This document shows, piece after piece, positions 49,742 through 59,094 of a stretch of DNA of 64,000 nt. The stretch is from Candidatus Daviesbacteria bacterium (lineage in GTDB: Bacteria; Patescibacteriota; Microgenomatia; Daviesbacterales; UBA10151): NCBI GenBank assembly GCA_016184225.1, contig JACPDA010000004.1:6800-70799 (forward strand). The letters are read 5' to 3'. Both the position numbers and the translations under genes were made by a program. Under the pieces are notes generated by a model. It was not told where the DNA came from, ran no database searches, and was given only the letters and a program-made list of their open reading frames with translations. How positions within the stretch are numbered: the stretch's first letter is position 1; the number at the start of each line of letters is the position of its first letter.

Positions 49742-50734
49742 TTAAAAGTAATCCAATTTCATTGCCTTTTTCACTTCTGCCAATGTCTTCTGGGCTTCAA
49801 TTCTTACTTTCTCTGTCCCCTCTTTTAAGATCCGCTCCACCAAACCTGGCTCTTTTTCTAACTTATCTCGCCTTTGGCGGATCGGATCCAGGAAATTATT
49901 CAAAACCTGGGCCAGGTACTTTTTCACCTCAATATCTCCCACTTGGCCTTTTGTATATTCTTCTTTTAGACTTTGCACTTTACCCTTATCGCTTTGCACT
50001 GAAAATGCATCTAGGTAAGTAAATACCGGATTTCCTTCTACTGTTCCAGGATCTGTAGAATGAATCCTTTTAGGGTCTGTATACATACTCATTACTTTTT
50101 TCTCTACTTCTCCGGGAGAATCTGTCAAAAAGATGGCGTTCCCTAAAGATTTGCCCATTTTAGCCTGGCCATCTGTACCTGGCAAAGTCGGCACCTCTCC
50201 TATCAAAGGCTCAGGAATAGGAAAAACTTCGCCGTAAAGGTTATTAAACTTAAGGGCAATATCCCTGGCAAATTCCACATGAGATTTTTGATCCTTCCCT
50301 ACCGGCACCAGATTTGCCCTAGGGGCCAAAATATCTGCTGCCATGAGGATTGGATAATAAAACAACCCCACTGTATCCTGTTCTCTGGCATCAAGTTTTT
50401 CTTTTAAAGCCGGCTGCCTGGCGATCAGCGGACGGGAAGTCAAAACACTTAAATAATAGGCAAGCTCGGTTATCTCCGGAACTTTGGATTGCAGGAAAAA
50501 AAAGACCTTTTTAGGATCCAACCCCACAGATAAATAACCCAACATTAACCCTTTGATATTTTTTTCCAACTCGGCAGTTTTATCAAAATGGGTGGTTAAA
50601 GCATGTAGATCTGCGATGAAAACATGTGTCTCATACTCATCCTGCAACTTCACTCTATTTTTAAGCGAGCCAATATAATTTCCCAAATGGAAACTGTCAT
50701 AAGTCGGCCTATCCCCTGTTAATATTCTTTTCAT
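49742..50734 (-). CDS. trpS: Tryptophanyl-tRNA synthetase
   Basis: TGDRPT, HLGN, VPVGKDQ, KMGKS. Confidence 0.96.
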   Translation of the reverse strand: MKRILTGDRPTYDSFHLGNYIGSLKNRVKLQDEYETHVFIADLHALTTHFDKTAELEKNIKGLMLGYLSVGLDPKKVFFFLQSKVPEITELAYYLSVLTSRPLIARQPALKEKLDAREQDTVGLFYYPILMAADILAPRANLVPVGKDQKSHVEFARDIALKFNNLYGEVFPIPEPLIGEVPTLPGTDGQAKMGKSLGNAIFLTDSPGEVEKKVMSMYTDPKRIHSTDPGTVEGNPVFTYLDAFSVQSDKGKVQSLKEEYTKGQVGDIEVKKYLAQVLNNFLDPIRQRRDKLEKEPGLVERILKEGTEKVRIEAQKTLAEVKKAMKLDYF

Positions 50735-50743
50735 AATTTATTA

Positions 50744-51479
50744 TTATACCCCATCAACCTTCCCATGATAATGTCTTTCCAGCAAAGCTCTGGCTAGAAT
50801 CTCCAGGCAGTCAAATACCGGAATGTCAAATCTCTTGGGAAAGATCAGAGGCAATTCTGTGCAACCCAAAATAATACCCTGAGCGCCTTTTTTCTTCAAA
50901 GACTGAGCCATCTCAACCAGCTTAAGTTTATCTTGTTTTCCAGTCTCCCCAGAGATTACCCTCCTAATTATTTCCTCTAAAATCTGCTGATTCTTTATTG
51001 ACGGTTTAATAATAAACCCACCTTTCTGGCCAAACTGACCTTTCCGGCCTGAAAGCCTTTTGGAATAGGCCTGACTTAAAAGTGGTGGGCGAAGCTAAGA
51101 GTCCCACTTTATTAATTCTTTTGCTTCTTAATTGCTTAATTATTTCATCAATCATGGAAACAAATGTTGCTTTGGAGACTGATTTGAACTCATCAAGCAA
51201 AATATGGGCAGTATTGCAAGCTAGGGCAAACAAGGAAACACTCATATCTTCCATCTTTTTGATCCGCTCACAGAGCCTCTTTGCAACTATTTTGCTATTT
51301 TTCTTATTGGAAATAAAATCAGGGTGAGGGGTTGAAACAAGTATAATTTCCGGAAAATCCTGGCAATCTTTGGCACCAAATTCCTTGACAGATAAAACCA
51401 CCAAAAGTTTGACCAGATGCACTGAAGCTTGTGGTCCCATTCCGCCTAATATCCCGATAATTGGTTTTTGTTTTTTCAT
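50744..51479 (-). pseudogene. Aspartate/glutamate racemase with two frameshifts
   Basis: GILGGMGP and ACNTAH in one frame; ILGCTELP in a second; PVFDCLEILA in a third. Confidence 0.8.
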
Positions 51480-51517
51480 ATTTTTTATAACCCTGAGCGT
51501 AGTCGAAGGGCTCCACT

Positions 51518-51624
51518 AAAAAACCGCCTTGATGGCGGTTTATCCTAAAAAAGACACTAAAACGCCAACAAGGTTAGTTGTTTGCGTTATACCAATTAGA
51601 AACTGTTTTAGTTAATATTTTCAT
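51518..51624 (-). promoter_or_regulatory. Leader peptide MKILTKTVSNWYNANN (51574..51624) plus terminator
   Basis: Short ORF, hairpin over its end, AAACCGCC-ATCAA-GGCGGTTTTTT. Confidence 0.6.
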
Positions 51625-51639
51625 ACCTTGACTAGTCTA

Positions 51640-52338
51640 CTATAAGGTATCGCTTTTGTCAATAACGGGCAACTCATTTATAAGACCTTCTGCTAACCTC
51701 GCTACATCGACTACCTGTTTTTCTCCAACTTGGCTGACAAAATATACACAACCTGCAACTTTGTTCAATAAACGAATCGGAAAAGATTTGTGGGGATTAT
51801 TATTAAGTTGGACTATATATTTCCCTTCCTGTGAATCTAATACTCTAATATTTGTAATACAATTAACCACCCCTGGCCTTATTTTAAGTATGCCTAAATG
51901 TCTTCTAACTAACTCCGTCAAAGGATGAATTAATCCAGTTTCAGTTCGAGGTAATACAGGTGATTGCAGCTCCACATCAACTTTTTTTATTCCATTAGCT
52001 ATGGCAATGCCGGCCATATAACTTCCATAATCCAATACTAAACCTACACCCAGTTGGTCTGGTAAAATTCTGGGGTGAGCTTGGACAGGAACTATGCATC
52101 TGCCTCCTTGAAAATTCGCAGCAGCCCTCTGGACTGCCTCTTCATCTAGATCTAGGTTCTGTCTCGTAGTTAATAAATTACCAACTGGGACTCTTTGTAC
52201 TAGTGTTCCTTGAGGAATCTCCAACTGCCCTACTAATCCCAACTGTCGAAATTGTCCATAGGGTATGACCAAGCCATCTGTATTTGCCTGAATCGATCTT
52301 CTGTTTCCTGATAAACTCGGTAAGTATTTTTCTACCAT
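51640..52338 (-). CDS. Hypothetical protein (start MVEKY)
   Basis: GGAG RBS upstream; follows a terminator. Confidence 0.6.
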   Translation of the reverse strand: MVEKYLPSLSGNRRSIQANTDGLVIPYGQFRQLGLVGQLEIPQGTLVQRVPVGNLLTTRQNLDLDEEAVQRAAANFQGGRCIVPVQAHPRILPDQLGVGLVLDYGSYMAGIAIANGIKKVDVELQSPVLPRTETGLIHPLTELVRRHLGILKIRPGVVNCITNIRVLDSQEGKYIVQLNNNPHKSFPIRLLNKVAGCVYFVSQVGEKQVVDVARLAEGLINELPVIDKSDTL

Positions 52339-52352
52339 ATTGTTACTCCCAT

Positions 52353-52482
52353 AAAAAAACCGCTCCTTAGAGGGCGGTCTGAATAAGATTGCTCCCATTT
52401 CTTGGGATTATCTTCACTCAAACCACTCTCTTTTAAGAAAGTAGCATCTTTGCCAATTAATATTTTGCTTGAGTGTATACAT
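52353..52482 (-). promoter_or_regulatory. Leader peptide MYTLKQNINWQRCYFLKREWFE (52414..52482) plus terminator
   Basis: Short ORF followed by hairpins and ACCGCCCT-CTA-AGGAGCGGTTTTTTT. Confidence 0.5.
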
Positions 52483-52567
52483 ATACTTTTAAAAAATAGA
52501 AATCCTCAAAAGGATGTTCTATCTACATAGAACCATATCTTAAATATTCTTGTCAATACCTATTCTA

Positions 52568-52993
52568 CTATAGGGTGAGAAGAAAAGCAAATCTACTTGG
52601 TGTAACAATTTTAATTCTCTTATAGTGTTTAAGTTCCAGCAAATCTAGGTCCCCTGTAACAATATAATCACAATCACCCTCAATCGCTGCTTCCAGTACC
52701 CTGTTATCATCCTTATCTCTTGCAGCATCCAAGGCCATACGGGGCTTAACTATCACAAATGTTTTTTGTATTTCTTGTTCTAGAAGCAACATATCTGCTA
52801 AAGATAAGGGGAATTTTTTGGTGATAACATCTACTAATTCCGCCTGCAGAACCGGAGAAATAACAACTTGGATTTTCTTCTCTAAAGCTAGTCTCAGTAC
52901 TTTTTGGGGGATTCCCCCATATACTAATGCCGAAGTTAGTATATTAGTATCCAAAACAACTCTAACGGGATTTCCTACCGTGCCTATATTCAT
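52568..52993 (-). CDS. PIN-family putative toxin
   Basis: VVLDTN, RDKDDN, IVTGDLDLL. Confidence 0.88.
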   Translation of the reverse strand: MNIGTVGNPVRVVLDTNILTSALVYGGIPQKVLRLALEKKIQVVISPVLQAELVDVITKKFPLSLADMLLLEQEIQKTFVIVKPRMALDAARDKDDNRVLEAAIEGDCDYIVTGDLDLLELKHYKRIKIVTPSRFAFLLTL

Positions 52994-53213
52994 ACACTAT
53001 CCGATTAACATCCTCTTCGCTTTTTATACCCGCCTTTTTTCCCGCCTTTTTACCCGCTGCAAAGATTTTTTCCCAATTTTCCATGTCTTGTAAATATATT
53101 CTTAGCGATTCACGGATAAGTTCGCTACGGTTGCGGTACTCTTTTTTGGCCTGCTTATCTACTTTTTTGACTAATTCTTTTGGTAAAGCAATGTTAAATG
53201 TCTGTGTTTGCAT
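52962..53213 (-). CDS. CopG/RHH antitoxin
   Basis: FNIALPKEL...NRSELIRESLR. Confidence 0.85.
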   Translation of the reverse strand: MQTQTFNIALPKELVKKVDKQAKKEYRNRSELIRESLRIYLQDMENWEKIFAAGKKAGKKAGIKSEEDVNRIVYEYRHGRKSR

Positions 53214-53295
53214 ATACAGTTATTGTATGCATCTTGTATCGAATTGTCAATACTTCAGCTTTGTTCAGTATTGACCCTGAGCGTAGTCGAACGGG

Positions 53296-54675
53296 TCAAG
53301 ACTCAAGTTTATCCCTAAACTGGTCATAACTGATTTGGGTAGCTTTATAATCCTGGATCTCAAAAGATTCTTCTTTGAAAGTGATCTTTTTATTTTCTTT
53401 TAAGTCTTTCCTTAAAACTACTCCTGGACCAATAAGTGAGTTGCTCCCTACTCTGACACCGGGCATAGTGGAAGCATTCACCCCTATCCGCACCCCTTTT
53501 CCGGCAATCAAACCTAGCTTGTTTCTGCCTGTTTCAAGATGTTCCTCCCCCACAGTAACATCTTTATTGTCTAATCGCAGATTGGCCAACACAGCTCCCG
53601 AACCCATACCAAAATCCCCTTCTAATACAGAATCCCCGATATAATTGGTGTGGAACCAGGAATCTGGGCCAATATAGCTTCTGGTAATATCGGAATTAAA
53701 ACCGGTCACACAGCCGTCCTCCAGGTTTGATTCACGGACCATGGAATTGTTTCCCACGATGCAGTTTTTTCCGATGTAACAAGGGCCTTTAATCACCGCT
53801 CCTTCAAACACCTTTGCCCCATCTTCAATAACCACCTTGCCTTCAATAGTGGCCTTTTCCGACACTTTTGCCCCCGGGGAAATTTTCTGTTCAATTTTTG
53901 AGTCTTCGAGAAAATAGTCCACGTCTATCTTGGATAAAAAGTAAGCTGTAACATCCAAAATATGCCAGGGGTATTTTAAAGGAATCCAGGTTCCTTCGTA
54001 TTTTGAAAACCTAACATCCAATCCGTCTTTTATCATTTGATCTAAAGCCACTTCATAAACATCATCCCTTCGACTTCGCTCAGGGTCAGAGACTTTTTCT
54101 AGGTACTCAACTAGCTTTTTACCATCTTTAAAATAATCCACTACCAGTTTGACCAGATCAGAAGGCTCCCTACCTTCTCCTGGTTTCTCTACTATCCCCT
54201 GTACCCTGTCACCTGTAACCTTTAGATATCCTCCAGGAAAGTACTTATCCATTTTCAGTCCTGCCAGAACTACATCTGCCTGAATTCCCAAAACTCCCTG
54301 GAAAACTTTAGGGTTCAAGACATCTTCAGCATTAACTATTAACACTTCTCCCTCTATCAAATCTTTGGCAGAAAGCAGAGCATCTGCCATTCCTTTGGGC
54401 TCATTTTGAACTGCTATTTGAAAATTCAAACCCAAATCCTGGGCAACTTTTGCAACTGCTTCTTTGCTTTGGGGATTTGTTACGATGATAAAGCTACCCA
54501 GTTCACCTGGAAGGTGGGCTTTGTTCCGTAGGATGTTTTCTCCTTCCAGGTGGAGCTTGATTTTCTGCAAGTTATGATACAACAGGGGTTTGCCTAAAAA
54601 GGGAATCAGGCATTTATCAGTTTGGATCGGCCACATCCTTTTGCCCTCTCCCCCAGCCAAAACAATAATCTTCAT
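53296..54675 (-). CDS. Bifunctional sugar-1-phosphate nucleotidyltransferase/acetyltransferase (GlmU-like)
   Basis: LAGGEGKRM, VEKP, hexapeptide repeats. Confidence 0.85.
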   Translation of the reverse strand: MKIIVLAGGEGKRMWPIQTDKCLIPFLGKPLLYHNLQKIKLHLEGENILRNKAHLPGELGSFIIVTNPQSKEAVAKVAQDLGLNFQIAVQNEPKGMADALLSAKDLIEGEVLIVNAEDVLNPKVFQGVLGIQADVVLAGLKMDKYFPGGYLKVTGDRVQGIVEKPGEGREPSDLVKLVVDYFKDGKKLVEYLEKVSDPERSRRDDVYEVALDQMIKDGLDVRFSKYEGTWIPLKYPWHILDVTAYFLSKIDVDYFLEDSKIEQKISPGAKVSEKATIEGKVVIEDGAKVFEGAVIKGPCYIGKNCIVGNNSMVRESNLEDGCVTGFNSDITRSYIGPDSWFHTNYIGDSVLEGDFGMGSGAVLANLRLDNKDVTVGEEHLETGRNKLGLIAGKGVRIGVNASTMPGVRVGSNSLIGPGVVLRKDLKENKKITFKEESFEIQDYKATQISYDQFRDKLES

Positions 54676-54703
54676 AATATTTATTCTACTCCTAACTGAT
54701 TAG

Positions 54704-54776
54704 TAGCAGGGATGAGAGTTGAACTCATGATCTCTTCGTTATGAGTGAAGCGCTTTAACCACTAAGCTACCCTGCC
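54704..54776 (-). tRNA. tRNA-Met(CAU), probably elongator
   Basis: GGCAGGG/CCCTGCT acceptor, CT-CAT-AA loop, GTTCAA T-loop; CCA not encoded. Confidence 0.88.
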
Positions 54777-54841
54777 ATCAGTCCCTAAATTGTACCAAAG
54801 AACCGAAGTTTTTGCCTAAAAGTAGTATAATATTACGTTTG

Positions 54842-57067
54842 ATGAAACAGATCCTTGTTACCATATTAATAATCGTCGCAGTTATTGCGCTAATCGTTAT
54901 CGCCTTTACTATCAACCAGGTCGGTCAAGAGGAACAAAGAATGAAGACCGATCTTCAATATCGTTCAACGCTTTTAGCCGAGAGCCTGAAAGAAACAGTT
55001 GAACCAAATTTTATTAATAAATCAGAAAATTACCTTCAAAATGTGGTAGAGAAGTTCACCGATAAAGAAAGGTTCGCGGGACTGGGAATTTATGATAATA
55101 AAACCAAAGTTATCGCCGTCTCATCTACCATTCCCGAGGCAACTTCTGCTGCGCAAGAGGTAGTTGCCAATGCTATGGATGCAGATAAAGCAAATGGGGA
55201 TTTTGCTAAATTTGGCAGTAGAAAGGTCTATCTTTTGGCAGTGCCTTTGCATGACGACAAGAGTGTGGTAGGCGCTTTGATGGTGGCACAAAACGCCGGA
55301 TATATTGATGATCGCCTAAACGAAATCTGGAAAAATAATCTGATAAGACTGCTTATCCAGGCATCTCTATTATCCTTTGCTACGATTCTCCTGATACGTT
55401 GGATTATTTATGAACCTATTCGAGGATTGGTTGAAACATTAAGATTGGCAAGAATGGGAAACGAGGGACAAAGCACCAAAGGCTTGACAAATTCTTTATT
55501 TTTCCGGCCTTTAGTTAAAGAAATTTCCAATATAAAAAGAAGCCTGATGGATGCCAGAATTTCTGCCAGTGAAGAAGCCAGGCTGAGACTGGAGAAACTA
55601 GATTCCCCATGGACAGCGGAAAGGTTAAAGGAATTCATCAAGGAAACCTTAAAAGGCAGGACTATTTTTATGGTATCCAACAGAGAGCCCTATATCCATA
55701 TTAAAAACAGAGGGAAAATTGAGTTTTATTTCCCGGCCAGTGGTCTGGCAACGGCAATTGAACCGGTGATGCGCTCTTGTGGAGGAGTCTGGATTGCCCA
55801 CGGCAGCGGTGATGCGGATCGGTTGGTGGTTGATAATAGTAATAAAATAAACGTGCCGCCGGATGAACCAAAATATACCCTCCGCCGTATCTGGTTAACC
55901 GAGGAGGAGGAAACAGGCTATTACTATGGATTTTCCAATGAAGGCTTGTGGCCTATTTGTCATATAGCTCATAACAGACCGACCTTCAGGAAAGAAGACT
56001 GGGAGAAATATGTCAGCGTCAATCAAAAGTTTGCCGATACTGTCCTTTCGGAAATAAAGAATCACGATAGGCCGATCGTTTTAATTCAAGATTTTCAGTT
56101 GGCTTTAGTCCCGAGAATGGTCAAAGCAGAGCACCCCGGGGCGGTAATTGGACTCTTTTGGCATATCCCCTGGCCCAATCCGGAGTCTTTCAGTATTTGT
56201 CCCTGGAAAAAAGAAATTTTGGAGGGGATGCTGGGCGCAGATTTAATCGGTTTCCAGACTCAACTTTACTGCAATAATTTTATAGAAACAGTCGGAAGAG
56301 AACTGGAGTCTTTGATAGACTTTGAACGGTTTGCAATCACCAAAGGTAGCCACACCTCTTATATAAAACCATTCCCAATCAGTATTGCTTTCCCCAATGG
56401 CTTCGATGAAACAGAAAACCAGGACGGAAAAGAGAAATTGTTGAAAAGTTTAGGGATCAAGACAAAATATATTGGGTTGGGAATTGACCGGCTCGATTAT
56501 ACAAAAGGGATACTGGAACGTCTCAAAGCCATAGAGATTTTCCTCAATAAATATCCCTCTTACCGCGAAAACTTCACATTTATCCAGATTGCTGCCCCGA
56601 GCCGGACCAAAATTCAAAAATATCGGGATTTTGCTATTGAAGTAGAAGAAGAAACAAACAGGATTAACTCCTTGTTGAAAACAAAAAGCTGGAAGCCAAT
56701 TGTGCTTTTGGGGAAACATCACAGCCATGAAGAAATTCAAAGGTTTTACAGATTAGCAGATTTTTGTCTGGTAACATCCTTACATGATGGAATGAACCTG
56801 GTAGCAAAAGAGTATGTTGCGTCAAGATCTGATGAAAAAGGGGTTTTAATCTTAAGCCAATATACCGGCGCCTCAAGAGAACTTAAAGATGCCCTGATTG
56901 TCAACCCATACAATGGAGAACAAACGGCAAATGCCATAAAAGAAGCACTCCAGATGACAACAAAGAAGCAAACAAAAAGGATGCATGATATGAGAGAAAT
57001 AATTAAAAATTATAATGTTTACCGCTGGTCGGCAGAACTTTTAAAAACTATAGCGGATTTAGGGTGA
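54842..57067 (+). CDS. otsA: Trehalose-6-phosphate synthase with N-terminal membrane/sensor-like domain
   Basis: VSNREP, HIPWP, DRLDYTKG, DGMNLVAKEY; two TM helices in the first 200 aa. Confidence 0.9.
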   Translation: MKQILVTILIIVAVIALIVIAFTINQVGQEEQRMKTDLQYRSTLLAESLKETVEPNFINKSENYLQNVVEKFTDKERFAGLGIYDNKTKVIAVSSTIPEATSAAQEVVANAMDADKANGDFAKFGSRKVYLLAVPLHDDKSVVGALMVAQNAGYIDDRLNEIWKNNLIRLLIQASLLSFATILLIRWIIYEPIRGLVETLRLARMGNEGQSTKGLTNSLFFRPLVKEISNIKRSLMDARISASEEARLRLEKLDSPWTAERLKEFIKETLKGRTIFMVSNREPYIHIKNRGKIEFYFPASGLATAIEPVMRSCGGVWIAHGSGDADRLVVDNSNKINVPPDEPKYTLRRIWLTEEEETGYYYGFSNEGLWPICHIAHNRPTFRKEDWEKYVSVNQKFADTVLSEIKNHDRPIVLIQDFQLALVPRMVKAEHPGAVIGLFWHIPWPNPESFSICPWKKEILEGMLGADLIGFQTQLYCNNFIETVGRELESLIDFERFAITKGSHTSYIKPFPISIAFPNGFDETENQDGKEKLLKSLGIKTKYIGLGIDRLDYTKGILERLKAIEIFLNKYPSYRENFTFIQIAAPSRTKIQKYRDFAIEVEEETNRINSLLKTKSWKPIVLLGKHHSHEEIQRFYRLADFCLVTSLHDGMNLVAKEYVASRSDEKGVLILSQYTGASRELKDALIVNPYNGEQTANAIKEALQMTTKKQTKRMHDMREIIKNYNVYRWSAELLKTIADLG

Positions 57068-57070
57068 AAT

Positions 57071-57859
57071 ATGAATTTATGGAAAAATTTAGACAAAATA
57101 ACTGCCCAATTAAAAAACAGCCCTGCAAAAGTTTTAATGCTGGATTTTGATGGCACTTTAACTCCGATTGTTAAATCTCCAAAAGAAGCTAAGCTGTCTT
57201 ATGAAATGAAAAATTTATTAATAAAGCTTAGTAAAAAAGAGGGGCTTTATTTGGCAATTATCAGTGGTAGAAAACTGGCAGACTTAAAAAAGAAGGTTAA
57301 CCTGCAAAACATAATTTATGGCGGCAGTCACGGGCTAGAAGGAGAAATCTTTGGTCAAAAGCAATCCTTCCCCATCCCGAATAAAACATTAGTAATTTTA
57401 AGAAATATCCGGGAACAACTTAATAAACTAGCCGGACAAATAACAGGAGTATTTATTGAGGATAAAGGGTCGGTTTTAAGTTTTCATTACAGATTGGTAG
57501 ATAAACAACAAATACCAGAACTCAGATTGTTATTTAAGGAAATATTGCAGCCTTATGTTGAGGATGGATCCATCTCTTCAGTTGCAGGTAAGATGGTGTT
57601 TACCATCCACCCTAAAGTCAATTGGAATAAAGGTAGCTTTGCGAAGATGGTAGTTGAGAAAATACCCACAAATTCAAAAACAGTACCGACTGCTGTTTTT
57701 ATCGGCGACGACACAACCGATGAAGATGTTTTCCAAGTACTTAAAAAAAGTATTACTATAAAAGTGGGCGCAAGTAACCAATCAAGCGCCAAGTATCGTT
57801 TGAAAGACACGAAAGACGTTTTTAGTTTTCTTGAGTGGATGAATACAACTTTGGTATAG
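57071..57859 (+). CDS. otsB: Trehalose-6-phosphate phosphatase
   Basis: DFDGTL, ISGR, GSHG, GDDTTDED. Confidence 0.93.
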   Translation: MNLWKNLDKITAQLKNSPAKVLMLDFDGTLTPIVKSPKEAKLSYEMKNLLIKLSKKEGLYLAIISGRKLADLKKKVNLQNIIYGGSHGLEGEIFGQKQSFPIPNKTLVILRNIREQLNKLAGQITGVFIEDKGSVLSFHYRLVDKQQIPELRLLFKEILQPYVEDGSISSVAGKMVFTIHPKVNWNKGSFAKMVVEKIPTNSKTVPTAVFIGDDTTDEDVFQVLKKSITIKVGASNQSSAKYRLKDTKDVFSFLEWMNTTLV

Positions 57860-57871
57860 TATTCCTAAGTT

Positions 57872-59068
57872 ATGACTGACATAAAACAGAAATGTCTTCG
57901 GATCCTTTTGAATAACCGGCGAAAAATTAAGGATTTCCAATATACGGTCCCTTCTCATGATTCTTATCCTTATCAATGGCTTTGGGATTCATGTTTCCAC
58001 GCCATAACTTTGACTCATTTTAATATCGCTGATGCCAAAAAAGAAATTCTCTCCCTTCTCTCTAAACAATTTGATAATGGTTTGATACCCCATATGATCT
58101 ATTGGGATAAAACCAGACCGACAAATTTTCCGATAATTAAGTGGGGTAAGGAAGATACCAGCAGCATCACCCAGCCGCCAATGATAGCTTACGCAGTCTG
58201 GACAATTTATCAAAAAGATCAGAATAAATCTTTTGTAAAAAAAGTATATCCAAGCCTTTACCATTTCTATAGATACTTACTGACTGAGCGCGATCCTCAT
58301 GAAAACCATCTAGTTGGTATTATGAACCCTGATGAGTCAGGTGAAGATAACTCCCCCAGGTTCGATCTGCCTTTGGATCTACCGCCGGTGCAGAATCTAA
58401 AAGAGAATACCAAAAAAAGACTCAAATTAGTTGCTCAAAATGTAGAGTGTAAATTTGACGCGCCTTTTTGCATGAGAAATTTCTTCTGGGTGAAAGATGT
58501 GCCGTTTAATGCGATTATGGTGACAAATTTAAGGCTTTTGGCAAAGCTTGCTGAAAAACTGGGCAGCGATGAAGATGCTGCTTATTTTACAAAAGAGGCA
58601 GATGCTATATCTTTTGCCATGAGGCGGTTAATGCTGGGTGGCGGCATCTTTTACTCGACTTATGGTGAGGCCTATGAAAAAATCAAAGTCAAAACCTGGG
58701 CCATATTTACCCCACTCTTTGCTAAAATTTTAAGCCAGAAAGAAGCAGAAAAGTTAGTATCAAACCATTTACTCAATAAAAACGAATTTTGGACAAAGTT
58801 CCCGGTTCCCGCCACTTCTTTGGATGAACCCTCTTTTGATCCCTCCGGCTTTTGGAGAGGACCTACCTGGATAGGGGTGAACTGGTTTATCTACAAAGGC
58901 TTACTAAATTACGGCTTTTCCGATATTGCCAAGCAGATCAAAAAATCTTCTCTTGAACTCTTGCAAAAATCCGGTTTCCGGGAATACTTTGATCCTTTTA
59001 CAGGAGAAGGTCGGGGCGCTCATAATTTTACTTGGGGCTGTTTGGTTGTAGATCTTGACGCCCCCTGA
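57872..59068 (+). CDS. Alpha/alpha-barrel glycoside hydrolase (GH63/trehalase-like)
   Basis: QWLWDS, ESGEDNSPRFD, WRGPTW, FREYF. Confidence 0.8.
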   Translation: MTDIKQKCLRILLNNRRKIKDFQYTVPSHDSYPYQWLWDSCFHAITLTHFNIADAKKEILSLLSKQFDNGLIPHMIYWDKTRPTNFPIIKWGKEDTSSITQPPMIAYAVWTIYQKDQNKSFVKKVYPSLYHFYRYLLTERDPHENHLVGIMNPDESGEDNSPRFDLPLDLPPVQNLKENTKKRLKLVAQNVECKFDAPFCMRNFFWVKDVPFNAIMVTNLRLLAKLAEKLGSDEDAAYFTKEADAISFAMRRLMLGGGIFYSTYGEAYEKIKVKTWAIFTPLFAKILSQKEAEKLVSNHLLNKNEFWTKFPVPATSLDEPSFDPSGFWRGPTWIGVNWFIYKGLLNYGFSDIAKQIKKSSLELLQKSGFREYFDPFTGEGRGAHNFTWGCLVVDLDAP

Positions 59069-59094
59069 CAAACGGTTTACTCTTAAGCTAAGTT

